A stretch of 59,659 nt of DNA from an uncultured Parcubacteria group bacterium (GCA_903911245.1 CAIWCR010000010.1:1-59659), one strand, 5' to 3'. Positions 44,790 through 53,366 are shown, counted from the stretch's first letter. Made by a program: numbers and translations. Notes: a model not told the origin generated them from the letters alone.

Positions 44790-46607
44790 ATGCCAAAAAT
44801 AAAAGATATTCCAAAAATAGATCGTCCTCGAGAGAGGTTCCTCAAAAAAGGATCAGAAGCACTTTCAAAGAGTGATCTTTTGGCGATTCTTTTAGGTAGT
44901 GGCATTAAAGGTAAAAATGTTAGACAACTATCAGAGCAGATTATTAAAAAGTTTGGCAAGAATTTTTTAAACATCAAAGTTGAAGACCTTTTGGAAGTCT
45001 CCGGTATTGGCCAAGCTAAAGCCCTGCAGATGGTTTCCGCTATTTCGTTAGTAAAAAGATTTTATGATGAAGAAAAGGGTGGTGACACAATCATCAAAAA
45101 TCAACAGGACGTTTTATCTTTAACATACGACCTACGAGACAAGAAAAAGGAATATTTGGTTTGTCTTTATCTTAACGCTAGAAATGGTTTGATAAAGAAA
45201 GAAATCGTAAGCGTAGGCTTGTTAGATAAAAGTTTAATACATCCGAGAGAAATTTTTCATCCGGCCGTAGAGCTTAACGCCGCCAGTATCATTTTAATTC
45301 ACAATCACCCCTCAGGAGACTCATCTCCCAGCGTAAAGGATATTGAGATAGTGAAAAAAATATCCCAAGCTGGAGAAATAATGGGTATTTCTGTAATTGA
45401 TTTTATTATTACGGCTGAAAACGGAAGCTGTAGTTTTTTTGAAAAATTAAGCAAGGATAAAAAGACCATTGATTATGTTGCCGACGGCATTCAAGGGACT
45501 TTATTCAATCTTTTAGAGCTTGAAAAGCCTGCGTATGAAATAAGTGCCGAGAAAGTTCAGGAAAATTACTTCTATATCCCACAGGTAAAAAAGAACTATC
45601 TGCAATTACAAAATCGCCGATATATTGGTAGCAAGCATAAGCTTATCGAATGGATATTTTCTGTAATCAATAAAGAATGTGAAAAAGGTAATTCCTTTGC
45701 CGATATATTTGCTGGGACCGGGGTGGTTTCGGCTGTCGCGGCTAGGCATTATGATGAGATTATACTCAACGACTTTTTGCATTCTAATTACGCTATTTAC
45801 CAAGCTTTTTTTGGCAATGGTGAATGGGATAAAAATAAGATCGAAAACATCATAAAGGATTACAACAATATTGACGGTAATGACTTAGAGAATAATTATT
45901 TTTCCACAAATTTTGGTGGTAAATATTTCAGCCACAACTCAGCTAAGATCATAGGATTTATTCGAGAGAATGTTGAGGAAAATAGAAATAATTTAACTGA
46001 TAAGGAATACTATATCCTTATTGCTTCCTTACTATATTCCATTGATAAGGTTGCTAATACCGTTGGTCATTATGATGCGTATTTTAAGAAGGAACATGTT
46101 GAGGATGGATTTTTTATGAGACCCATTGATCCGATCGAGGTAAAAAATGTCACAATTTTTAAAGAGGATACCAATCTTTTGGCCAAAAAAATCAAAGCCG
46201 ATATTGTTTATATTGATCCACCTTATAATTCAAGACAATATAGTCGTTTCTACCATGTCTTAGAAACTTTAACGAAATGGGATAAGCCAGAATTATTTGG
46301 TACCGCCCTTAAGCCACAAGAGGAAAATATGAGTGATTATTGTCGAGTTCAAGCAAAGGATAGACTTGCTGAGTTGGTTAATGATTTGAACGCCAAGTAT
46401 TTGGTTGTGTCTTATAACAATACTTACGACTCAAAAAGCAATTCATCCAAAAATAAAATCACCCTGCAAGAGATTAAAGATATTTTGTCGGCGAAAGGAA
46501 AAACTAAAGTGTTTGAAAAAGATTATAGACACTTTAATGCCGGTAATACCGATTTCAAAAATCACAAGGAGTATTTATTCGTAACCACCGTAAACCATGC
46601 AAAATAA
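44790..46607 (+). CDS. fusion protein: N-terminal RadC-like JAB/MPN domain plus C-terminal D12-class N6-adenine DNA methyltransferase
   Basis: Residues 1 to about 215 carry DRPRERF and an intact JAMM motif (HNHPSGDSSPSVKD). Residues from about 270 carry RRYIGSKHKLIEWI, FAGTGVVS (motif I) and IVYIDPPYNS (motif IV). Confidence 0.8.
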   Translation: MPKIKDIPKIDRPRERFLKKGSEALSKSDLLAILLGSGIKGKNVRQLSEQIIKKFGKNFLNIKVEDLLEVSGIGQAKALQMVSAISLVKRFYDEEKGGDTIIKNQQDVLSLTYDLRDKKKEYLVCLYLNARNGLIKKEIVSVGLLDKSLIHPREIFHPAVELNAASIILIHNHPSGDSSPSVKDIEIVKKISQAGEIMGISVIDFIITAENGSCSFFEKLSKDKKTIDYVADGIQGTLFNLLELEKPAYEISAEKVQENYFYIPQVKKNYLQLQNRRYIGSKHKLIEWIFSVINKECEKGNSFADIFAGTGVVSAVAARHYDEIILNDFLHSNYAIYQAFFGNGEWDKNKIENIIKDYNNIDGNDLENNYFSTNFGGKYFSHNSAKIIGFIRENVEENRNNLTDKEYYILIASLLYSIDKVANTVGHYDAYFKKEHVEDGFFMRPIDPIEVKNVTIFKEDTNLLAKKIKADIVYIDPPYNSRQYSRFYHVLETLTKWDKPELFGTALKPQEENMSDYCRVQAKDRLAELVNDLNAKYLVVSYNNTYDSKSNSSKNKITLQEIKDILSAKGKTKVFEKDYRHFNAGNTDFKNHKEYLFVTTVNHAK

Positions 46608-47502
46608 AATCAAAAGATCTCCGCTGTTTTACGTAGGAGATAAATACAAATTAATGAAGCAGTTGGTTGATTTATTTCCTCAGGAAGTAGATACCTTCTA
46701 CGAGCCATTTGTTGGTGGTGGCACGGTCTTTTTGAATATCAATGCAAATAAATATTATTTAAACGACAACGATAAAAATCTTATCGATATACATAAATTC
46801 CTTGTCGGCAGTTCGGGTAACCCAGATATATTTTTTAAGAATGTTGAAAAGATAATAAAGAAATATCACCTATCCCGATCGTACAAAGAGGATATAATTC
46901 CAGCTTCTCTAAAAAAGGAATGGAAGAAAACCTATTTTGCTAGATTCAATAAAGAGGGCTATGAAAAATTGAGAGTTTGTGTAAACAAGCACATAAAGAA
47001 TGATCCTCTGATTCTGTATATCTTACTTATTTATGGTTTCAATCGAATGTTGCGGTTTAATGGTGGTGGTAAATTTAATCTGCCGGTCGGTAATGTTGAT
47101 TTCAATAAAAATGTTGTTAACGCTCTGAATGGTTATTTTGATTTTGTGCAGGATAAAAAGATGACTTTAAGCTCAAAGGACTTTAGAGCTTATTTTGCTA
47201 ATCGGAAATATTCCAAGAACGATTTTGTTTATCTGGACCCACCCTATCTAATAACGGCAAGCGAATATAACAAGCGGTGGGATCAAAAAGCCGAAGCCGA
47301 CTTACTGAAGATGATTGATGATTTGGATAAGAAAGGCGTAAAGTTTGCCCTATCGAATGTAACCCACTATAACGGAAGCAAAAATGATTTACTGATTGAT
47401 TGGATGAAAAAATACAAGACGCATAAAATAGAGAGCAATTATATCAGCTATCACAATAACGGTAAGAAACAGATCAAGGAAGTGTTAATTACCAATTATT
47501 AA
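46597..47502 (+). CDS. D12-class (Dam/DpnA-like) N6-adenine DNA methyltransferase
   Basis: FYVGDKYKL, EPFVGGGTVFLN (motif I), FVYLDPPYL (motif IV) and FALSN. The start overlaps the upstream stop by 11 nt. Confidence 0.85.
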   Translation: MQNKIKRSPLFYVGDKYKLMKQLVDLFPQEVDTFYEPFVGGGTVFLNINANKYYLNDNDKNLIDIHKFLVGSSGNPDIFFKNVEKIIKKYHLSRSYKEDIIPASLKKEWKKTYFARFNKEGYEKLRVCVNKHIKNDPLILYILLIYGFNRMLRFNGGGKFNLPVGNVDFNKNVVNALNGYFDFVQDKKMTLSSKDFRAYFANRKYSKNDFVYLDPPYLITASEYNKRWDQKAEADLLKMIDDLDKKGVKFALSNVTHYNGSKNDLLIDWMKKYKTHKIESNYISYHNNGKKQIKEVLITNY

Positions 47503-47506
47503 ATAT

Positions 47507-49042
47507 ATGAAAACAAAAACAAGAGAATCAGAATATAAACCATTATTATTTACTACTACACTTAGAAACCCAGAAAGGCTTAAGTGGTTTTTGGGAGTAC
47601 TTAAAGATTACAACGGAAAAGTGCTTGACGATCAGTTAGCTGAGGAGATCTCCGGTGAAGTTATTCGGTTTGGATTATATAAGCCAACTAACATAAGTGC
47701 CGTTGTAAAGAATAAAATTGAAACAAAAGAGCCATTGTCCGATTCTGAAGTGAAAAAGGTTCTTGAGGATAATCCACAAAATCATAAAGAAGCCGGTTTC
47801 AGTAAGGGCTGGGCTTCTCGGTTTGATACTTGGTTTAAGATTGCCAAAGAGCTTGGTTTTGTTTATTACAAAAACGGAGAAAAGATAAGATTTTCTGATA
47901 TCGGATTAAAATTGGTTGATAACGAACATCCAGAATTTGAACAGCAAGCTTTTTTGAATGCCTTTGTAAAATATCAAAGTAACAGTCCATTTAGACGCGT
48001 ACTTAATGAAAACGCACCGCTGATTTTATTATTGAGCGTGATCAATAAAATAAATGCTGATAAGGATTTAAACGGGACCGGAATTTCAAAATTAGAATTA
48101 CCTTTGGTTATATTCTGGAAAGATAACGACGCAGAAAAACTATACAAACTTATAAAGAAAATTAGAAAAGAACACGGCTATACTCCGAGCTGGGAGGTTA
48201 TTGTTGATATTTGTGTTAATCAGATCATGGCCGGTGATTTCAAGAAGTTCAATCCGAAGTCAATAATGGTTGACTATCCCGATGAATTCATCAGAAAGAT
48301 GAGACTGACTGGATTGATCTCGCTAAGAGGTGCCGGACGTTTTATTGATATAAACAGAAACGAACAAACAAAGGTTGATTATGCTTTAGCCACTTATTCT
48401 GATTATAAAAAATACGCGACAGAAGAAGAATATTTTAAGTACATGTCGGCCGTGGATGAAAATCTCATCTCGTTTGTTGCCAAGCCAGTAAGTGTTGGCG
48501 AGAGGGATGCCTTTTTGGCCAAGTGGGTCGGTATTTATTCTTGGAATAAAATTAAGGACGAGATGCTGAATCTGGCCAAGAAAAGATTGACTAAGGATGA
48601 TGTTTTGAAATATCTATCAAATCCAGTCAGATTAGAGTTCCTTGTCTCTTTGGCAATTAAATCTAAGTTTCCAAATGTTAAGGTAATACCAAATTATCCT
48701 TATGATGACGAAGGGCTCCCAACATCAACAGCCGGAGGTGTTGGAGATAAAGGTGATATTGAATGCTTTGAGGATGTTAAGGGAATACTGGTCGAAGTCA
48801 CTATGTCAGAGGGTCGCATGCAAACCATGATGGAAGTTTGGCCGATCTCAAGACATTTAGGAGAATTCCAAAAAGGCACAAAAGATTCGATGTGCTATTT
48901 CGTGGCCCCTAGCATATTTAAGGACTCCGTAATGCAAATAAATTACGTTAAGGAAAAAGAGAATCTTTCGATCTTGCCAAAAACAATCGAGGAATTTTTG
49001 ACTCATATAGAAAGCAGAGATGTTTTGTACTCTGTGTCCTAA
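47507..49042 (+). CDS. type IIS restriction endonuclease, AlwI/BstNBI/MlyI/PleI-like
   Basis: It follows two adenine MTase genes. The N-terminal TTLRNPERL block and the putative PD-(D/E)xK block GDIECFEDVKGILVEVTMSEGRMQTMMEVWPISRH resemble the BstNBI family as I recall it. This needs HMM confirmation. Confidence 0.6.
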   Translation: MKTKTRESEYKPLLFTTTLRNPERLKWFLGVLKDYNGKVLDDQLAEEISGEVIRFGLYKPTNISAVVKNKIETKEPLSDSEVKKVLEDNPQNHKEAGFSKGWASRFDTWFKIAKELGFVYYKNGEKIRFSDIGLKLVDNEHPEFEQQAFLNAFVKYQSNSPFRRVLNENAPLILLLSVINKINADKDLNGTGISKLELPLVIFWKDNDAEKLYKLIKKIRKEHGYTPSWEVIVDICVNQIMAGDFKKFNPKSIMVDYPDEFIRKMRLTGLISLRGAGRFIDINRNEQTKVDYALATYSDYKKYATEEEYFKYMSAVDENLISFVAKPVSVGERDAFLAKWVGIYSWNKIKDEMLNLAKKRLTKDDVLKYLSNPVRLEFLVSLAIKSKFPNVKVIPNYPYDDEGLPTSTAGGVGDKGDIECFEDVKGILVEVTMSEGRMQTMMEVWPISRHLGEFQKGTKDSMCYFVAPSIFKDSVMQINYVKEKENLSILPKTIEEFLTHIESRDVLYSVS

Positions 49043-49068
49043 ACGGATTCGTGACCAATTAAAGTTAT

Positions 49069-52000
49069 ATGGGAATATTCAGATACAAAATTTTAACGGC
49101 GAAAATAAAAACTCTTTTTAAGAGGAAAGATCGATCGCTTATAGACGTAGCCAACAGAGAGAAGAAGGTCAATAAACAATTAAAACCGATCCTTATTAAA
49201 GGGCACGATCCTTTATGGATGCCTTCTGTTTTATCTTTCTTAAAAATATTTTTTACGATGTTATTCTTTTGGATAATATCGCATCCGGAATACTTTTATA
49301 GATACATCCTTTCACCGATAAATTCTTTTCTCTCAAAAATTTCTATTTATAGTCATGTTGTTTCTTATTTAGGCAGGTTTGTCCCTAGTATTTCCATACC
49401 AAATATAAGTGCTAATTTTGATCCAGTTGCTATTCATACCGGTATAGGCGCAGTTTTAATTGGATTGGCATTCTTTGTTGCACAAAGTTTAGCCGACAAA
49501 AATGATCCAGAAAAAGGCAGGGTTTTATTGTATAAGAGTTGGTTTTTCCCTTTGTTAATGGCAGAAGTGATGGCCTTCTTTTTCTTTATCGGCAACACAA
49601 ATATTTTAGGTTTTATTCCAGTGATTGCCATTGCCCTATGGACTATGTTTTCACTAGGTAGTGTGATCGATATTCTTGTAAGAGAGTACAAGATGGAAGA
49701 AGCGAAAAAGGAGGTGCTTCTAAGTGTCACTAAGAAAAATTTTATTCGAATCTTAGACAAAGAAATTACCCAGAGGATTGGTAATAATTTCCTCTATAAA
49801 AAATACGAAAACAGTGGAGTACTAAACGCTAACCCATTCGGATTTTGGGGTAATAAAAAAGAAGTCATTGCTATAAAATCGCAAAAGAGCGGAATAATAC
49901 TTGATATAAAAATTCACGATCTCGAAAAATTAGTAACGATGTTAAGCAGGGTGGTAAATGAGAATACTCCTGCCGAAAATGCTGACCATACCAGTATCGG
50001 AAGCACCAAAGCCAAACAGGAACCAATTTGTTATTTGAAGCCACTGCTCGGATACAAAATAGAAGCAGGAGAAGCACTGTTCGAAATAAAGAAAAGCGTT
50101 GCTGACCGTATAGATATTAAGAGGCTGGCAAAAATTGCTCGTGATGTGTTTGTAATCAAAAAAGATGACTCAGAAACTGAGGCGCGCATTGAAATTTCAA
50201 AATTGAAGGATAGGTGCATACTAGCCATTAACAATCAACAAACTGGAGACCTAGAAAAAATAATCAAGCTGTATGTAGATTTGGTCAAGGAATTTTTTAA
50301 ATATTTCAGCTTGTATCACGGTGGTTGTTTTTCATCAGAACAAGCCAAACAAGAGAGAGGATCATTTTTTGATAAATTGAAGCCATTAGATTGGTTGTCA
50401 AAAGATATCTGGGAAATTTTTGAGAGAGGGATAAATTCGGAAGATATAAATATTATTAGAGATGTTGCCTATCTGCCGATTTTATTAGTCCAACAGGCTA
50501 TTGAAAGTAAGGATCATCTAATTTTCCAAGAATTCATATACTTTTCGCGAGTTCTCTACGAGAGAGCCTATGAACTCTCAGAGAAAGGAAAAAAGAAGGA
50601 AGCGGATATAATGTTCGATCGAACATGGCGCTACTTAAAAGAACTCTCCACATATCATCTTGAGTCAAAGCTAAAAGAGGAAGATTATCCCGAACAAGAT
50701 TTTAAGGATTACTACATACAGATACTTAAGACATTTCAGGAATTATTAAAATCGTCTTTTGATAAAAAGGACTTACATAATTTTGAGAAATTCCTATCAG
50801 TTGTCTCGGATTTGTTTAATCGTCTAGATAGACCGTATTCCGGTTTTACGGATACAGAAAAACTCTATGATTTTCTCTCTGACAAAAGACTAGAGATGCT
50901 TTTTGGCCTCGCAAGTTGGATATTGTCGATACTTAAAAACACCAAAGACTCTGAGACTAAAAAGTTCTACGACGCTGTGCAGAGTAGATTGCCAACGAAA
51001 ATTGAGGAATTCACTGAAGTATTTTTACGCGCTCACGATTTTAAGACTGAAGATTACTGGGGATGGGACTGGTGGGAATCAAGGCCGGACGAGGGAGTTC
51101 ACACTATCAACGTGCTTGAAAAGCTTGAGCAGTTCTTTGTGATTAGGTTGCTTTCATTATTACGCTCAAGGAACGATGCTGATATAGAAAAAATAAACCT
51201 GCCTCATAACAGGGACTTAGCATTTCTTGCTGAAGGGACAAGAGATGCAATGAAAACTATTGATGACATAGAAAAAAATCCAGATAATTGGAAGTTTGCT
51301 TTAGACGACGAATCTATGAAAAAGTGCTCGTCATTGCGAGGGTTATTTAAAAGAGCTCACGAGCAACAAGAACAAGATGATCTAAAAAGAAAGCGAGAAG
51401 CAAGTATTTCGAAAGTTAAGGTTGAAAAATTTAAGGAATCTTTTATTGAAAATTATGAACAAAGTCATCCGATAAAAAAGCTATTCAAAAACTTGAATCT
51501 CTTTTCGGATAAGACGGCTAAAAAAGCCAAGCCAGAAATAAAAAAGATGGGGGTTAATACGATGTTTGATAAGGCCGCCTTTTTTGGCGAAGATGTGGCC
51601 TGGCATGTTCATTACGTAGGTATTGATGAGGCTTTTGGATTTGGCAGGAGCATGGCTTATGGTGAGAACGATCAGGTCTTGGAAGAAATCGCAAACAAGG
51701 CAACAGTAATAACAAAAGATAAATTTGAGAGTACGCTCGGCGAAATAAAAGTATCGAATATAGTCCTTATTGCTACGAATCATGCAATATGGAGATTCTT
51801 TGAGAGAGCGGATACCAATTGGATACCGAAATGGCACAGAGAATTTCCTAAGGAGTTTTCTGATCACATGATCGATGGAGTATATAAATTTAAAGACAAG
51901 CTAATACCCGTTTATCAGTTATTTACTCCGAAAGCTGAGCATTCGGATATTTTCATTCTTGATAAAGCTAAAATTGGAAAATTTATACAATATTCTGCTC

Positions 52001-52257
52001 TCGATGAGAATGACAAGCCAGACTTGGCCTACAAGGGGTTCCTGATAGATGTTCAGGAATTTATTCCAAATTCTGATTTGGTTAATGAATTTCTTGCAAA
52101 ACCGCCACAATGGCTAGCTGACGTTGGTACCAAAGACAAACAGATTGAGCACCTGCAAGAACGTGTGCTGATTCATGTTTTTGAAAAATACGAATTTCAG
52201 ATGAACGATACTTTCTATGGGTATTTACTCCACACTGACGACAAAGACGAGGAATAA
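49069..52257 (+). CDS. 1062-aa protein with a 4-TM N-terminus and an ~850-aa helical domain; function unknown
   Basis: Long uninterrupted ORF starting 26 nt after the REase stop. TM helices lie within the first ~205 aa. No catalytic motif is recognisable by eye, and there is no Walker A. Confidence 0.6.
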   Translation: MGIFRYKILTAKIKTLFKRKDRSLIDVANREKKVNKQLKPILIKGHDPLWMPSVLSFLKIFFTMLFFWIISHPEYFYRYILSPINSFLSKISIYSHVVSYLGRFVPSISIPNISANFDPVAIHTGIGAVLIGLAFFVAQSLADKNDPEKGRVLLYKSWFFPLLMAEVMAFFFFIGNTNILGFIPVIAIALWTMFSLGSVIDILVREYKMEEAKKEVLLSVTKKNFIRILDKEITQRIGNNFLYKKYENSGVLNANPFGFWGNKKEVIAIKSQKSGIILDIKIHDLEKLVTMLSRVVNENTPAENADHTSIGSTKAKQEPICYLKPLLGYKIEAGEALFEIKKSVADRIDIKRLAKIARDVFVIKKDDSETEARIEISKLKDRCILAINNQQTGDLEKIIKLYVDLVKEFFKYFSLYHGGCFSSEQAKQERGSFFDKLKPLDWLSKDIWEIFERGINSEDINIIRDVAYLPILLVQQAIESKDHLIFQEFIYFSRVLYERAYELSEKGKKKEADIMFDRTWRYLKELSTYHLESKLKEEDYPEQDFKDYYIQILKTFQELLKSSFDKKDLHNFEKFLSVVSDLFNRLDRPYSGFTDTEKLYDFLSDKRLEMLFGLASWILSILKNTKDSETKKFYDAVQSRLPTKIEEFTEVFLRAHDFKTEDYWGWDWWESRPDEGVHTINVLEKLEQFFVIRLLSLLRSRNDADIEKINLPHNRDLAFLAEGTRDAMKTIDDIEKNPDNWKFALDDESMKKCSSLRGLFKRAHEQQEQDDLKRKREASISKVKVEKFKESFIENYEQSHPIKKLFKNLNLFSDKTAKKAKPEIKKMGVNTMFDKAAFFGEDVAWHVHYVGIDEAFGFGRSMAYGENDQVLEEIANKATVITKDKFESTLGEIKVSNIVLIATNHAIWRFFERADTNWIPKWHREFPKEFSDHMIDGVYKFKDKLIPVYQLFTPKAEHSDIFILDKAKIGKFIQYSALDENDKPDLAYKGFLIDVQEFIPNSDLVNEFLAKPPQWLADVGTKDKQIEHLQERVLIHVFEKYEFQMNDTFYGYLLHTDDKDEE

Positions 52258-52263
52258 AATATT

Positions 52264-52761
52264 ATGAAAAATGATTGGTATAAAAAGGCTCTGCTAAAGA
52301 ACGCAAAGGAGATAGTAAGCTCTGGTACGACTTACGTGATCTTATCTTTGGTGCTTTTACTCTGGCATTTTGCTTTGGGAATCAAATTCCAATGGCAGAG
52401 TATCAGTCCATTATCTGCACCGAGTATATTTGTTCGGGTGTTTTATAGTGCTTTTACTTTTTGCACGCTCGGCTTAATTCTATACGTGATCAAATTTTAT
52501 AAAGTGCTCCACGATATCGTTGTTAAGGCATTTGGCATGTGGGAACTCTACAACTTAATAAAGGCGGTACTCTGGCTATTTCTGATGTGGATTTCATATG
52601 CCTATCTCGTGCCGTGGCTGTTCAATGTCTTAAATGCTGGCGTGTCTGTATTGTTTAATATTGCCAATCTCGTGTTGTATGCATTACCACCGGTCGGCAT
52701 TACATTAATTTTAAGCATCATCTATCTACTCTCTAGTAAAAAATTAAAACATGAACACTGA
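52264..52761 (+). CDS. 165-aa four-TM membrane protein; function unknown
   Basis: It starts 6 nt after the upstream stop and has four hydrophobic helices. Confidence 0.5.
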   Translation: MKNDWYKKALLKNAKEIVSSGTTYVILSLVLLLWHFALGIKFQWQSISPLSAPSIFVRVFYSAFTFCTLGLILYVIKFYKVLHDIVVKAFGMWELYNLIKAVLWLFLMWISYAYLVPWLFNVLNAGVSVLFNIANLVLYALPPVGITLILSIIYLLSSKKLKHEH

Positions 52762-52927
52762 CGATCCAATTAAAGACGAACCAGCCGAGGAAGCTCCCGA
52801 CGAGGAAGTTGTCGAGCTTATGGAAGCCCACGATCTCGATCAGGACACGGCCGAGCGTGTGCAGGAGATCATGGAAGATTTAGGTGTGGACGAGGACGAC
52901 GCTGTCGAGCTCGAGGAACTTCTGTAG
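52751..52927 (+). CDS. 58-aa hyperacidic peptide (below the ORF-track cutoff)
   Basis: The ATG at 52751 overlaps the upstream stop by 11 nt, and the TAG is at 52925-52927. The sequence is MNTDDPIKDEPAEEAPDEEVVELMEAHDLDQDTAERVQEIMEDLGVDEDDAVELEELL, with 25 of 58 residues D or E. It is GC-richer than the neighbouring genes. Confidence 0.4.
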   Translation: MNTDDPIKDEPAEEAPDEEVVELMEAHDLDQDTAERVQEIMEDLGVDEDDAVELEELL

Positions 52928-52981
52928 TTAAGCAAATATGACTCGTTGTAATTTGCTTAACATTGCTTAAGTTAAGCAAAT
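52928..52981. repeat. cluster of four TTAAGCAA(A)T motifs in the order direct, inverted, inverted, direct
   Basis: Copies at 52928-52937 (direct), 52951-52960 (inverted), 52962-52970 (inverted) and 52972-52981 (direct). They can form a 10-bp hairpin plus a near-perfect palindrome. The cluster starts immediately after the last operon stop codon. Confidence 0.5.
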
Positions 52982-53206
52982 CGCATTACGGTCGTAAAAA
53001 TGGTTTACATTCGGTTCTGGGTTTCTAATCGGTGCAAATCTCTAACTCCAGCTCAACCGCTCGCCACAGGGGCAAACAAGTGGCAAATTGGGGTTATCCC
53101 TCTTTGCATTCAGCCAGCAGTTGGTTCATTTGGGAGAGAACGACAGTCGGATACTTGTATTCATCCGCCCAGTCAAAAGTTCGAAACTTGCTGAGTAGGG
53201 CGAGCG

Positions 53207-53250
53207 ACTGAAAAACAACTCGCTTTATGCGGGTTGTTTTTGTATAAAAA
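53207..53250 (+). terminator. terminator hairpin, copy 1 of a ~44-nt repeated module
   Basis: ACTGAAAAACAACTCGCTTTATGCGGGTTGTTTTTGTATAAAAA. Stem AACAAC..GTTGTT plus a U-run. It is about 85 percent identical by eye to 54655-54700. Confidence 0.5.
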
Positions 53251-53366
53251 CTTAAATAGAGAGTTATCCAATAAGAACAATTTCGAGCTACAGAAAATAC
53301 CCCTAAAATATAGGGTTATTTTTTACTTCAAACGATGCTCGGCCCCGTGCCAATAATAATGTATTT

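Larger units (their letters stand above)
40292..52990. mobile_element. integrative element (about 12.7 kb) adjacent to and overlapping tRNA-Asn; the right boundary is approximate
   Basis: The content is a large serine recombinase, small HTH/phage-plasmid-like ORFs, an Xis-like HTH, an R-M operon and orphan cargo. The cargo looks more AT-rich than its flanks. No direct repeats were found. Confidence 0.5.

Noticed and set aside
49069-52761. Considered whether the 1062-aa / 165-aa pair is Zorya (ZorAB) or Kiwa (KwaAB).
   Set aside because: The small protein has four TM helices and lacks a MotB/OmpA-like peptidoglycan-binding domain. The gene order and sizes do not fit KwaA/KwaB. No MotA-like plug or proton-channel motif is recognisable. 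I therefore kept it as an unassigned module.
53000-53194. A 64-aa plus-strand ORF in the gap after the mobile element.
   Set aside because: It has no upstream promoter or RBS-like signal, a Cys/Trp/Arg-rich improbable composition, and it sits between hairpins. I treated it as non-coding.
53058-53206. An 8-bp long-range complement (CGCTCGCC / GGCGAGCG), considered as evidence for a riboswitch-like domain upstream of the flavodoxin gene.
   Set aside because: A single 8-mer complement within about 150 nt is near chance expectation. I found no FMN, cobalamin, TPP or ZTP core motif, so no riboswitch is called.
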